A stretch of 61,550 nt of DNA, the filler included, from Choristocarpus tenellus KU-1152 (Eukaryota > Protista > Phaeophyceae): assembly GCA_964200185.2 (NCBI GenBank). It is 10 parts of 10 records of this genome, joined end to end, with 100 filler letters (N's around TTAATTAATTAA, not from the genome) between each part and the next. Parts side by side here need not be neighbours in the genome. Positions count along the whole stretch, not along the records: positions 1 to 6,882 come from CAXNAD020007150.1; positions 6,983 to 10,348 come from CAXNAD020020508.1; positions 10,449 to 14,142 come from CAXNAD020018470.1; 7 more parts are not named here. One strand, given 5' to 3'. Each line of letters begins with the position of its first letter. Position 1 is the first letter of the stretch. Below, in pieces: positions 1-12,865 of the stretch. A model generated the notes under the pieces. The model had not been told where the DNA came from, ran no database searches, and saw only the letters and a program-made list of their open reading frames with translations. Both the position numbers and the translations under genes were made by a program.

Positions 1-345
1 AAGGGGGGGCTGCTTGGGAGGGAGGAAGAAATGGGGGGGTATCATATGGAGCCATTGTCACCACAGCAACAAGTGCCATTGACCTCTCCAACAGGTGATG
101 GGTGGTATAAATCAATCTTAAATACTGGTATGTATGTAAAACGAGTGTGGTTTTGTGTGATTATGTGACTACGCTGCTCTGCGGATGGGGGTTGTCCTAA
201 AATAGGAAATACACCAAGGATACAGGGATAGGGTGAAAATAAGGTTGAGGTTAAGGGTAAGGGTAAGGGTGATGATGAGGGTTAGGGATGTGTCCTGCTT
301 GAACTATCAGGAACGATTCTGTGGAATGGATTACAACCAAATGTA

Positions 346-604
346 GGTTGAAAGCATCTTAGAGGGTTCTTAGTTGAGCTTTGTTCTATTTGTCCGGTTG
401 GGACTTGGCTTCCTGCGTTTTTTTTAATGTATTACTCCAAAATTTTTCGGGGTAGGTAAAATGTATACATTATGAAAGGTTGTGTATGGAACAAGGACAT
501 TGACACTTCCTAACAAATACAACAGTCAAAATTACATCAAAATCACAACATTGGATTTTGGTCCCCAAATGGGCGCGGCTCTACCCTCTAAGATACTTTG
601 ACTG
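346..604 (+). mobile_element. MITE family A copy (~260 bp, degenerate)
   Basis: 5' ggttgaaagcatcttagaggg and 3' ccctctaagatactttgact form imperfect TIRs; internal sequence matches the other copies (caaaattacatcaaaatcacaacattggattttggtccccaaatgg). Confidence 0.85.
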
Positions 605-874
605 ATACCACTCAAAAGGCCTTGAAATGAGGTAGTTGAAAGAAATCAATCAAATGAACCTGAGTTCTCAAAAACAAGCACACATACACACATAAAGCTA
701 ACCTAATTTTTTCCACCTTGAAATATGTAGAATAGTACGTATCTATATATGTGAGTATGTGTATGTGTATGTGTATGTGTGCTTTTCTCTCTTCAACTGA
801 AAATTTAGAGAGTTTAGAGAGTTTAGAGAGTGAACATTGATTTACAATTGCAGTCGAGCTCCCGGTTATGTTCG

Positions 875-1176
875 GAGTGAAAGTATCTTAGAGGGTACGA
901 GTTTTGCCCTGTTTGTCCATTTGGGAATTGGCTTTCGATGGGGTTTTTTATGTCACTTTATGTCACTTTATGTCACTTTATGTCACTTTCCTACTCTGAA
1001 ACTCTCGGAGCAAGTGAAGTGTATACATTTTGGAGTAGGTATCATGTGTATGTCCGAAACAAGGATGTTGGCACTTCCTAACAAACACCATAGCCAAAAT
1101 TACATCAAAATCACAACATTGGATTTTGGTCCCCGAACGGACGTGGCTCTGCCCTAACCCTAAGATACTTTGACTC
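875..1176 (+). mobile_element. MITE family A copy with internal 10-bp tandem expansion
   Basis: GAGTGAAAGTATCTTAGAGGGTA ... TAAGATACTTTGACTC termini; flanks TTCG/TTTG; (tgtcacttta)x4 inside. Confidence 0.9.
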
Positions 1177-1327
1177 TTTGAATGCGCTGGTCAGCAATAC
1201 TTCGATTTTTCACCAGTATTGTAACTTTCAAGACGTGTATGTGTAGCTCTATGGTTTATTGTCCCTGCCCCGCCGTGGTGCAAATGAAGTTGACTGCATT
1301 GACCTTTAGCCATTAGTAATGGTGGTT

Positions 1328-1484
1328 GCATGTTACCCACCTCTATTCATGTTACCCACCTCTATTCATGTTACCTACCTCTATTCATGTTACCCACCTC
1401 TATTCATGTTACCTACCTCTATTCATGTTACCCACCTCTATTCATGTTACCCACCTCTATTCATGTTACCTACCTCTATTCATG
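1328..1484. repeat. 19-bp minisatellite (catgttacc[c/t]acctctatt), ~8 copies
   Basis: Direct tandem units read in the sequence; they explain the repetitive ORFs at 1319 and 1330. Confidence 0.95.
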
Positions 1485-1990
1485 GGTTAGACTGTTCGCA
1501 TGCCATTCATGAAGATCAGGTACTACCTTCATCCGGTTTGACTAGCCCTAACCCTAAGTATGTGCCACACTATTGATACGTCCGCTGCACACACACACAC
1601 ACACAGTGTGTAGAAAATAATAAAAATATATAATCAAAGAAAAAAAAAATTACATTCCATTTCATTTTCGGCACAACCCCTAACCCTACCAATGCGTGCG
1701 TGTCGGATCTGCTCACAACCTCATGGGTATGTTGAGGCCATTGGGTACACCGGTAGCTAGGTGATGTGGTCTGCAGATGTGTGAGGTTGTACCCCTTAGA
1801 ACATGTGCTGTGGTACTTGATGGTACTTACTGCATTCTCACCACTTGCAAGCAGGCCACATAACACACACCTTCTTGGACCACCGTGGTACCAAGAGAAA
1901 AGGATATCAGAAAAGGGAAACGGAGAGGGGGACTGACTTTGAGAAAATTAGATCCAGGAAAAAAAATAAATGTTCTTGTTCTTGTTGATT

Positions 1991-2041
1991 GAATACCTCA
2001 CTGTACTTGTGAATACCTCACTGTGCTTGTGAATACCTCAC
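1991..2041. repeat. 20-bp tandem repeat (gaatacctcactgt[a/g]cttgt), ~2.5 copies
   Basis: Direct tandem units seen in the sequence. Confidence 0.85.
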
Positions 2042-4371
2042 CTGGACACGGGCCGTGGTGTCTCTTGTGAACACCCTCCCCTCCCCTGTTGAACTCCACT
2101 GTACTTGTGATTGTATTTCTAGCAGCAAGTGTTTTCAGCGAAGGAAGTGCAGCCTCTTTCGGTCTCTCTCCCAAGTGAGGGGTTGAGTGACATGTACTGC
2201 AGAGAGGAAGGTCGGGGTATCTCAGGGGGCGATCCAGTGCACAAAACGTGTTGGGCAGATGGTGCAGTGCAGCTATCATAGGTTAGGCACACTTCTTCTT
2301 CTTCTTTACCCTGTTGGTAGAAAGGCTGTGTCAATCGTTCAATAGAGCTGCTGTACAAAGCAGTCTGGAGTAACTGGCAAGTAACTGTTACACGACGATC
2401 ACAGGTGTGTAAGCAGTGTACAGTTGGCAATTTAACAATAGTGAAATAGTAATATAAATGTGTAGTGCCTTGCTTGGTGCGTTACAGTATTGTAGGGGAC
2501 AGATGACAGGAGTCTCATCTAAGGGATTTGGCGATCTCTTCTGTTTTGGTACACTTCTTCAGCATTTCAATAGTACTGGTCTTGATTGATCCAAACTGAA
2601 GGTACGGTGTACAGAACACCAACACACACAAACATACATTTCTTGGCAAACACACACAAAGCACATGTGTTGGACCCGAAATATATATTTTTTGGTGGTT
2701 GTTGATGTTGATGTTGATGTAAACTGAGGTGAACAACACTGCCCCAGTTCCTCGGGATTGCTACCTGACTCAAGCAATGTGAACTCCATGAAATGCTTTC
2801 CATCACAACTTTCGTTTTTGTTGGTAACTAACTACCTTTAAGCATAAAAGAGCCTAGCCTCACCCTTGCAAGAAGTACTGATCTAACTATCGTACTGTTT
2901 CTGACTGTTATCTTTTGGGAATGTATGTTGGGACCACACCACCATCAGCAGGGAGTACTCTATACGAGGAGAAACTGCTTATAGTGAAGGTGTGGGCTAA
3001 CTATTCCCTATGCTAGTAATCTCATTTCTAAACACCCTGCGGGAGGACCCGGTGAATTATTATGGTCTTGTTGTCCTCAAGGGACAGGCAGTCTCAATCC
3101 ATCAATCACTACTTTGAATTGCTATGGAAGGAGATTCTTGATGTAAGCTGTATGTAGCCTTTTTACTGGTGTCGAAGAAGGACTGTCACCTTACCACAGC
3201 CGGGTCATACCTCACCTCTCACTGAATAATAATAATAATAATATGGTGTACTACAAGTGTGCTAGCCTGTCCATAAGAGGGACATGATCCCCAGAACAAA
3301 AATGGACAGTTCCAACATGACGGTAAACTAACTTGTTTCTAGATTCAAGTTTGGTTCTAGATCTTCATGAATTGTAGGGGTTTGTATCACAAGTCAGAGG
3401 GTTCTAGCAGCTCACATTAATTGTGTGTTGCCTACAACACGGCGACATGCAGTTCACCTTAGTGAAACAGGTCGCCATGGAAGCTCAGTGAAATGGTGTG
3501 ATGGTGTGATAAAATCAAAGCAGAAAAAAAAAGATGAAAAGTGAAAGTCAAACTGACGTTCTGCAAGGGCCAAACAAACAGGCCAAATACTCTTTTGTGC
3601 TGACAAGAATTGACTGCTTGGGGCTTGATTCAAGGTGCTGGAGTGGTTGAGCAGCACCTGCTACTGCCTCCTCTACTACAGAGAGTTACCTTGTGTAGTC
3701 CAACACATGATACTCAAACAATGTCAAACTGTCATGCACAAGACAATAAGAGGACAGGGGTGATGGTAACTATCCCTGTAAGCGGGAATAATAGCAGGCT
3801 GGGCAGCAGGGAGCAGGACTATACTGTTTTTTGTCATCATTCTCATTCCATACAAGGCTAATACACTTCAACCACCATGTATGACAGCACAAGTGAGTTG
3901 TTCAATGCAAGGATATTGGAGAGGAGTTCTCCTCGACCCATAATCACAACCTGCACTTATACAAACTAAACAGTCTTTAAAATGTAGCACACAGACACCA
4001 TGATACTGTACAAATTGAGACACTTCCTTCAGGGTGAAACATCAAACTTAGCTTGAACAGCAGGAAGGCTCTCGTGTGGACCTACTCTCAACAAGGATAT
4101 AACTGCATTTGTGAAGCTAAAGGATATGTACATGCGATTTACAGCCATGTTTAGGTTTTGTTACAAAGTAAAGCACCAGATAAAAAGAAGCACTTCTCAT
4201 CCATCCCCCATGAGGAAACACAAAGCCCTAACCCTAACCCCAATAACAAAAAAATAATAATTAAGGAAACCACATCATCTCCACTGTCAAAATATCTAGG
4301 GCTCATGTCACAGCAATCTCCAGGGTAGAGCGACCTCCAACCCCTTGAACCTGCATATCTCCACCAGCTTA

Positions 4372-5214
4372 CTACTCCCCACTCTGAAAGCAATGATCTC
4401 TGTTTGCCACATGCAATTCCTTGAACCCAGTCCGGTGGTCCACTTTCCTGGAGAAGGCGAAAGCTGAAGGCTCTCCTATCACTAGCTCTGCCGTTGTATG
4501 AACTACCGCCTCAATTAGGTGGCCACCAATCACATTACCCCTCTCGTCCCCGAGCGACATATGTAGGTGACACCCATCAAGTGAGAGGGTGCCCACCAGG
4601 CTCAAGATCTCAAACCGGTTTGAAGCTCCCATGCGTAAAATGTGTTTCTCTTCCTCGCACTGCTCCTGTTTCCATTTGGTGACACCCACCTGTGAGGGTA
4701 TCAGTACTTCCGTTTCTGCTCCCTTGCTGGCTTCACACCCACTTTGAACCCGGCCGGATGCCTCATCTACAGCTGCTGGAGTGGGTCGTCCAGCACCAGC
4801 CAATCGTATGACTACAGAGTGCACGCTACCCACACAAGACATGATAAACCCAGCCTGGAGGCAGGGATGATATTCGGAGGGGGAATGGGTTTGTGCAGAG
4901 AGAGAAGACATGGCGAGTCCGGTCAAAATGGGGTCAGGCCAGTGGGGCGTAGTGTTGAGGCGAGAGTATGCGAGACTACCTTAAAGTGCCACTATTGGTA
5001 GTCGCAGCAGAATAGAAGAGAGGTTACGAAGAGGAAGACGGCATAAAACAGTTGCAGTACCCTGCACATACCTGCATATTCTGCAGAGATACGAATGCCA
5101 TTAACGATGTCTTAATCTCCTCACAGGGCTCCAATCGCAATGCATGGCAAACCAGGGGGGACGACCCCAGCGAAGTTTCCCGAGCAGGTGGTGGACATTT
5201 GACTTGTTTCCCTC
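4372..5214 (-). CDS. PPC/DUF296 domain protein; exons ~5214-5072 and 4854-4372; start codon unresolved
   Basis: Upstream exon reads ...VCHALRLEPCEEIKTSLMAFVSLQNMQ, with donor CAG|GTATGT at 5072/5071 and acceptor CTCCAG|GCT at 4855/4854 (phase 0). It continues AGFIMSCVGSV...RFEILSLVGTLS...HLHMSLGDERGNVIGGHL...TTAELVIGE...TGFKEL, which are hallmark PPC/DUF296 motifs. Confidence 0.88.
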
Positions 5215-6476
5215 CTAAGATACAATTAGACTAATTGAAGTTAGTTCAAGCACTCCTCAGATGAAACCAAGTCCATCAGGTCCATAAATTTGGACTGCAA
5301 TTGGAATATCGAAGGTCAATCACTCTACATCCCAAGTCCTCTCGATACTTTACCTCCTGTTATTCAAATTTCCACTTCAGGTACGATCTGGAGATATCAT
5401 GGAAGACGACCAACTACTCTAAAAAGCATCGCTGAGGGGGAGGTTGTATCACCTTCAAACTCATTCCCCATCAGTCTAGAGAGTACTCTTGAAATGGAGT
5501 GTTGAGGTGGAGAGAGAGAAAGAATTGTACATAAAACGTGGGAGGCCTTACCGACCCCAACCTTAAGGTGTGCCTCTGTTTGAAACACTCTTGCCTAGGC
5601 AAGACGGCTATAGAGTGAACTTGTCGTGGGAAGAAGCTAGTGAATAGTCTACTTCGTGAACACACGGCAATGCGAGCTAGAATTTGATCTGAAAAATAGG
5701 TCAGTGAAGTAGATAGTGACTACAATCGATGGCATCCCTGAAGGTCAGGTACATAACCAGCATGGACCAAAGTCAAAGCAGTGGAGGAAGAGGACTCAGT
5801 TTGTGCTCGACCATTCACAGATTTGAGGACGTATTGTATCTATTGTTTCATCATCGACTCGGGAAATCCTTTCAGTATGCAAGGGTCCTGTATGCCCCGC
5901 AAAGTTCGTGTACAGTAGCATCCTAGCAAAAGGTTTGTACTTGAATCGACGATGATGTTGGATGATTGTTAGCGGTACACCGTTATTCACATAATAATAT
6001 ATGGTTGCTTCAAACCGCCCGTTCAGCGGAATTACCTCGTTGTTGGAAGTTGTGAGGAGTTGGTTGACAGCAGGTTTTGTCCGATTTGATGTAAGATGTG
6101 GAGATCTGTGTGCTCGGCGAACCTCAACATTGTACGCATTTCGCATGCTTCCTTCCCACTGGCATCAAATATAATCCTTATCACTGGAATAAGGTCAATC
6201 ACCTGGTGCACGGCCCCTGATCATCTGTACAGGGAAAGATGTGGTAGAATGTGATGGTAGAAATCAACTGAAGTATCTCTATCTCACTAACTTCTCCACC
6301 TCCACCTGCCACCCTGGGACCAGATTTCGGGGACTTCGGCCTGCTACTGCATTTGTGAGGAGTGAGGTAGTGGTGGCCAGGAGATATTTGGTGGTGTTAT
6401 CAAAGGGACTGTAAGGGAAGAGGGTAGGGCAGTATCCACGGAAGGGCCTTGGAGGGAGAAGAACGGAGTTGGAGAA

Positions 6477-6713
6477 ATGGACGCCTATGAGGACGAGGAT
6501 GTCATGGGGATGGGAGGGGGATTGGACATGGGCATGAGCAATGGCCACGATAATGTCATAGATTTGGATGGAATGGGTGAGAACTACGATGAGTATGACA
6601 ATGAGATCGATCCACTCGACGAGGATATCTCCCAGGAAGATGCCTGGGTGGTCATCAGTTCCTACTTCAGTGAGAAAGGCCTTGTTCGGCAACAGCTGGA
6701 CTCCTTTGATGAG
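6477..6713 (+). CDS. RPB2: RNA polymerase II second-largest subunit, first coding exon only (rest lies beyond the contig end at 6882)
   Basis: Acidic leader followed by [29 protein letters not shown], the conserved RPB2 N-terminal block; donor GAG|GTCAGT at 6713/6714. Confidence 0.93.
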
Positions 6714-6882
6714 GTCAGTGACTCAAAGCAGGGCATGATGGCCTTGAGGATCAGGGCTTAAGAAAATTGTAGAGAGGCTACAGTTGTAGGGGTCGTGGAG
6801 GGAGGTGACAGGTGGGGGGGGGGGGCATGTGGGCATGGTGGGGGGGTGCGTTTGATAGCAGGCCAGGTCATGCCAGCGGGAT

Positions 6883-6982
6883 NNNNNNNNNNNNNNNNNN
6901 NNNNNNNNNNNNNNNNNNNNNNNNNNTTAATTAATTAANNNNNNNNNNNNNNNNNNNNNNNNNNNNNNNNNNNNNNNNNNNN
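6883..6982. other. Artificial contig-joining spacer (44 N + TTAATTAATTAA + 44 N); identical spacers at 10349, 14143, 23525, 37176, 43446, 49389, 53101 and 58303
   Basis: Nine identical 100-nt spacers, each carrying stop codons in all six frames. Confidence 0.97.
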
Positions 6983-7218
6983 CTACGGGAGCGACAACTC
7001 TAATGGGTTGCTCATGAGCTCATCTACTGTGGTCCGTGCCCCCTTGCGCATTATCTACAGGATCGACCAGCAGAGAACCTTTCGGAGCGTCGCCTTCTTC
7101 ACGTGCCATATGCTGAGAAGATCGTGTTGCAGTATTTTCAGCAACTGTATCAGCACCAGCTTTTCTCCTGGAAAATTATATGTCTCTTTACCTTTTCCCT
7201 CTCTTCTAAATCGGTTTT

Positions 7219-7486
7219 GAGCCAAGGTATCTAATAGAGGTAGAGCCGCGTCCATTTGGGGTCCAAAATCCAGTGTTGCGATTTTGATGTAATTTTGGCT
7301 ATCATGTTTGTTTGGAAGTGTCAATATCCTTGTTCTGGACACACCTTTTCATAATGTACACATTTTACCTACTACTACTCCGAAACATGTTTGAGTAGTA
7401 AAATGTCATAAAGAGAGACCATGGGAAGTCAAGCCCGAAAATGGACAAAAAGGGAAAAAGTCGAACCCTCTAAGATTCTTTCACTC
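7219..7486 (-). mobile_element. MITE family A copy, inverted
   Basis: Reverse complement of family A (gagccaaggtatcta...ccctctaagattctttcactc); TTTT on both flanks. Confidence 0.9.
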
Positions 7487-9299
7487 TTTTCTCCATCACT
7501 AGTTGTCCTTGATATACTTTCATATTGTGTTGTAAGGCGATGTTTTGTGCTTATAGGTGTGATAGGTGTGAGGTATTATTAGTATTTAATTCATATTTGA
7601 CTATTACGTTTAGGTTCCTTGACATTTTGGAGGTGTGAAAGGAAAATGCCAAAATTATACTGCAAGGTCTAGTGTAGGAATACCAGTTAACACCAGTGGA
7701 AAAGATGTCTCTCTAAAATATACTCCATATTTACTACTTGAAGACTAGCAATACAACAATCATCCCTTTTGAAAACTTGGAAAGTATGAAGGAATGTGCG
7801 ATGTAAAATTCCAACCTAATATGCCACTAGAGTGCAGTGCATTGTGGTGGGTTGAGTTGATTTCTTGTTTGAATCATTCGTGCGACCTCGCCATCTCTAC
7901 ATACATGTTCACCACCCTTGTTTAAATTCATTGGGCGATGGATAGTGTATTATTGATTACATGACACTTGTAGGTTGGAACCCTTTCCACGTTTGAGCTG
8001 TTTTTTGGGATGCTAGTTTCGATGATCGGATAGTATATATATAGCATATATGTCCCTACACGCACCATCCTATCTGACCCCAAGCCGCCAACATATTAAG
8101 TGATCGTCCTCGTACCCTCAACATGTACCATGATAATCTTGTCTACCGATAATAATAGTATAGTATGTTGTACATACATACAATGTCACCTTCTGTTCAA
8201 GGAAATGCGCTGGTTCAAACCTCGTGGAGAGAAAAAAAAATGTTCTCGGAGAAATCTTAGTTCGATCGACCATGTGACAACCAACGAACCGTACACGCAC
8301 CTATCTGTGCCCTCTTCGTGTCTATACCTAAACAATAAAAAAAGAGAAAACATCTTGGATCGTGGTGGCAACATTTCCTGTCGGTCAGGGGAGTGAGTAC
8401 TGCTGCACAAGATTTCTGCTGTATCTGTTTGTGCCTTCCTTTTTGGTGCGATAAGTCAGGTCAATCCCACTATGGATCTCTCCTCCTCTTCTTTCAAATA
8501 TTAGTACATTCTCTTCTATGTAGTACTTGATTTTCTCCACATTGTTGCAAACCTATTCATAATGGATCTCAAACCCAAATCTCGGTATATTATATTACAT
8601 CATATCAAAGAGGGAATATCGAAATCATTGTTTCATATTTCATATTTATGAAGTTGGAAGTAAAAACAACGACAGGATTTTGTCCTCTCTTATCTCCATT
8701 CGTCATAACAAGATATAGTATATACCCTTCGTGCAATGCAAGGCATAACCTTCTATCCCTTTTCATGTGACATCAAGAGGTGGGTCAAGTGTTTGACGAA
8801 AAACATGCATTAATTACTAGTATTATTTCGGAGAATATACAAATATATGTTTTTAAGAATCAAACCAACTAAGAGTAGGCAGGGTTGCATTTTAAGGATC
8901 CTGAGAAAGTACCAAAGATATGCAACAATTTGTAGAATTGGAGAAAGAGGCTTACTGAATTTTGGTGTCACTTTGTGTTCGTGGAAAGGGGGAATATCAA
9001 TTTGGAGTGCAGCAATGTGCACATCAAGCAATGAAATAGAGTGCATTGCACAGGGTGAGAAAGATGGCCTACAATGCAAACGGGTTCAAGGCTTCCTACC
9101 TCTCGATTGATTTGACCCTAAGTTAAGTCACTTGCGGCATACATGCAGCCTGTGTAGTATCTAGGGTGACATGAGCAAGGAGAACATAAGTTAGCAATGA
9201 GAGAACAATACATCATGTGCCATGTTACCCTAAGCCCATGTGGATAGAGGACCTCCGACCAGAAGAGGTGGCAAAATCACTACGTGTAGTGTGCTGCGT

Positions 9300-9810
9300 T
9301 TATCTTCACCATCACTACGATTTTCTTCTACCTTCGACTTTCACACTCTGGGTACCAAAGTCATCCCCACGAGAAGACAGAGCGCAGCATCTGTTACAGG
9401 CGAATAGGACAAGTAATTCTTCCCGTGCTCTAACCAGCGCGAGCCGTGTACTGGTATGCAGAACTCCAAAAAAGGGAACTCCGATTTGCTGAAAGTTGCA
9501 GAGTAAGATCTGTAACTTGAGAATATATGCAACGGTTTTCAGATGTATCTCAACGTCTGTAAACTGGAATAAATACGATGAATACAAGAGGTGCCCATCT
9601 CTCTTACTGCTGAGGTTCATGCCATATACATGTACTTATTGACTCAGAAGTATACCTTTATCTGTTGACCTGACATTCACCATCCTCGATGGACCTTTTG
9701 ACTATCGGAGTATCCCAGGAGTCCTGTACAAGCATCAGCGCCATCTATAGGCCTGTGGGTTGGAACTATATATCCCATGGAGGTAAGCTTTGGATCGTGC
9801 TGTAACACAT
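9300..9810 (-). repeat. Dispersed repeat colinear with ~19480-20010 and partly matching 37905-37952 and 38740-38815
   Basis: Shared blocks gttacaggcgaata..taaccagcgcgag and aaaa(g)ggaactccgatttg..atctgtaact; the reverse complement of 9711-9783 matches 38742-38812. Confidence 0.75.
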
Positions 9811-10293
9811 CATAGTGTCATCAACTGCATCCCCAACGAGACTGTTGCATTTGGAGGTGATTGTGTTGGTGTAGGCAAATATTCCGTTTCAATGCAATAA
9901 CTTATTCAATTCTCCAAAACCTCCTGGTTGGCCTTCCATCACGTAAGGGGAACACCAACCTCCTCCACCACGTCTACATCCACTGGTTGCATGTGATAGT
10001 ATTACACCTCCAGTTGGTACTATTTAAATTCATTCTTACGGTTGATATCTAACCATGCCCTCTCCTTGTGGGCACTTTTGCTACAAAACGTTCCGCAAAG
10101 CTTGCCGTGATGGGATATGTAGCTCCAATCCACAAGGCTGTATGTGGATGATGATGTTCATAGAAGGTGCCATAAAAGAGATGTCAATATGTTGGATTTC
10201 TCTCTTCCCCTACCCCCATCTCTACAGGAGGACACCCCATCACCCAGCTTCTGTGTGTGACGTCTTGGCCACCTTCTTGAGCAGCTTAGTCAT

Positions 10294-10348
10294 GACCCGA
10301 AGTATCTAGGGGGGGGGGGGGATCTACACCAGAGTGTCCATTTCGACC
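10294..10348 (+). mobile_element. MITE family B end, truncated by contig end
   Basis: gacccgaagtatctagG-run..tctacaccagagtgtccatttcgacc matches the family B terminus. Confidence 0.8.
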
Positions 10349-10559
10349 NNNNNNNNNNNNNNNNNNNNNNNNNNNNNNNNNNNNNNNNNNNNTTAATTAA
10401 TTAANNNNNNNNNNNNNNNNNNNNNNNNNNNNNNNNNNNNNNNNNNNNTGACTTTTCAGTGTTATCTGGATGTTTTTCTTGTACATTGTACGGTGGCATG
10501 GCGAATATTATCGAGGTGGGAATGGAAGTCTTAATGTCTAAAGTTGGAATGACATGAAT

Positions 10560-11495
10560 GGAAACTCAGACTCCACGGCGCAACTTCAAGACGACTCTGC
10601 AGCGTCAGAATCGGTTGGGCTTCTCGCGAATATTGGAGGGATTTTCGAGTCTTGCATCGCTGCTATGTACTGGAGATGTGTATCTTTTAAGGCTACCATC
10701 GTACGCGACTCTGCAGTAGATTGAGTACCCGGAGGTCTTCGGTGGGTTCCCGAAAGGTATGAGAGGGTTCCCCTGGAGACGAACGAGTCTGATGTATACC
10801 TGCACTCGTCAGTTATGGACGTGAAGCAGTCTTGACCATAGGCATGATGAATGCATACTCGGTGGGCCTTTAGCCATATATCGACTTCGTCCTGGGAGGA
10901 AGATGGTAGAGGTAAGCCTTTGCCCAAATCTTGCCGACTTCTATCGCTTGCCCTGTCTGTGGCTTAGAGCAAGTGGGGATTAAAGCACAGACTGGGGAAC
11001 GGATGTGACTGGTCGAAAGGGTTTTGATGCATTGCTTTTTGGGAACGAACGAGGTACCGTGTTTTCCGGGAATGGAGGAAGGTTGGGTATTTAAGGCTGC
11101 ACAGACAGCGGGCGAGGAGTTCTGGGTTAAAACAGGTTGAAGCATCGGTGCAAGGGCTGCCAGTACACGGTTGACGGTTGACAACCTCTCTGTATAAAAG
11201 TGAAGTTTCGTTTGATACCTATTCCTGCATGGAAGTCCTGCTGTGGTGATATAGTCCCTCTTTCTGCCTGACGATCGGGGTTTCAGCTGAGGCAGCGGAA
11301 GGGCGTGACATGCTAGCAAACGAGCGCATCTACCATCCATCTACCTAAACCAGTGTAAGTCTTCTCCTTGTACAATGCAGGTTTCGCTGCATTTTGATTG
11401 GCTGGGATAAATTGGTCGCTTCAATTGGATAACTCTTTTATGAGATCATCACTAATCTGTTGAAGGATTACTCTGCGAAATTCCTAGTGGATGAA
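10560..11495 (-). mobile_element. Unclassified repeat with decayed gag-like ORF and a CCCH-like Cys motif; second copy at ~21010-21800 (+)
   Basis: Long nucleotide similarity with 21010-21800 (e.g. aaaccccgatcgtcaggcagaaa, cagagaggttgtcaaccgt, gactgcttcacgtc.ataactgacgagtgcaggtata); translation VCIHHAYGQDCFTSITDECRY. Confidence 0.6.
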
Positions 11496-11789
11496 TTTGG
11501 TTTCTAATCCTGGATAGTGGAATAAATGTATTTCCCTTGGGGTTGGCTGTATTGATGTTTTCGTAACTATCATCGCTGTTGTGGTTTGTGGAAATGTATA
11601 TTACTGGTTGTCCCCTTCTGCGAGTCTTTGCATCCCTCTCTCCGTAATACTCAACCTTGGAATGTTTTTCTTGATGTATTGCCCTGTATTTGAGGAACGT
11701 GGACCTAGTGCTGATGATGGTAGAGGTAAATCATCCTTTTTTTGGTACGTTAACAGAAAAATCAGGTAATTGTGAAGTCATCCTTCTTG

Positions 11790-12090
11790 CTACCCTCTTT
11801 TTTTACAGTTGATGATTTCGGTGGTATCAGGCTATCTGCTTTTGTCCTTGGTGGTGAGATACAAGGTTCTGTTGGACCAGTCCTTCATATCAAAACATTG
11901 CTTTTGGCGGTTGTATGGGATGCGTTTGGGATTGATCTATGTGATTGTGTATCAATCAACGCCCTACACATTGTTGTGCAGCATGATCTTTGCCAGTGCC
12001 TCAGAGAGCACGAGACGTAACTGGATGGACCTTGCATGGGGTGGTGAGGACATGATAAACAAATGAAGAACATGAGTAGTTGCCTAGTCA
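11790..12090 (-). pseudogene. Possible decayed C-terminal region of a non-LTR retrotransposon ORF
   Basis: Stop-interrupted translation ARSIQLRLVLSEALAKIMLHNNV...DKSR*PD loosely resembles the RH..V..L / RPD region of restriction-like-endonuclease LINEs; weak. Confidence 0.3.
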
Positions 12091-12599
12091 ATTATATATA
12101 TCACTGTTCTGGACTAATCATGCAATCCTATGGCGTTGATACATACATATACAATTAGCCGCCCATCAAATATACATACTATGCACTTACACACTTAAAG
12201 GTTCGCAGCAACTGGGAATCTGGATCAGGAAATCCCCCCACCTCTCCCCTCACTTCCCCTCCCCTCACCATCTGATCTTGAAGTACTAGCTTTCCCTTCT
12301 TATGACACCATAACTCCTTGTTTACAACGATGTGGGAGTGTTGCACAACGCCTAAAACTGCATGACAATTATTATCACGTATTTCTGTGGTCCGAATTTC
12401 TTGTAATCTGAATACCTACCTCTCCCCCCCACATACACTGCCAAAATGTCCGCTTAGGGCTTGGGGTCCAGATCCCCAGTTTGTGTTTCCTCTGCGAAAC
12501 ACTGCCCAGTCAAGTTTATAGAATGTGCACAATCAAGACAACAATCAGTGGAATATGGGGAGTAAAAAAAAAAGATCTTCGTCCAAATATTCCGGCAAC

Positions 12600-12865
12600 G
12601 AGTAAAAGTATCTTAGAGGGTACGAGTTTTTCTCTGTTTGTCCATTTGGGGCTTGACTTCCCGTGGGTTTTTAATGACATTTTACCTACTCCAAAACTGT
12701 TTTTGGAGTAGGAAAAATGTATACGTTAGTTATGAAAAGGTGTGCCCATAACAAGGATATATTTTCATCTCCTAACAAACACGATAGCCAAAATTACATC
12801 AAAATTGCAACATTGGATTTTGGCCCCAAATGGACGCAGCTCTATCCCCTAAGATACTTTGACTC
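12600..12865 (+). mobile_element. MITE family A copy
   Basis: GAGTAAAAGTATCTTAGAGGG...CTAAGATACTTTGACTC; AAC on both flanks. Confidence 0.92.

Noticed and set aside
837-1157. Recurring ORFs with SESILEGTSFALFVHLG / SQNYIKI.TLDFGP as a protein family
   Set aside because: These are chance translations of the non-coding MITE A; frames and stops vary between copies.
5865-5925. DATVHELCGAYRTLAY on the - strand resembling a DnaJ helix
   Set aside because: It is followed by a stop with no HPD motif.
6279-6692. 137-aa minus-strand ORF
   Set aside because: It is the antisense shadow of the RPB2 exon.
6927-6938. TTAATTAATTAA as a biological motif (e.g. piggyBac TTAA site)
   Set aside because: It is always centred in exactly 44+44 N, so it is an artificial linker.
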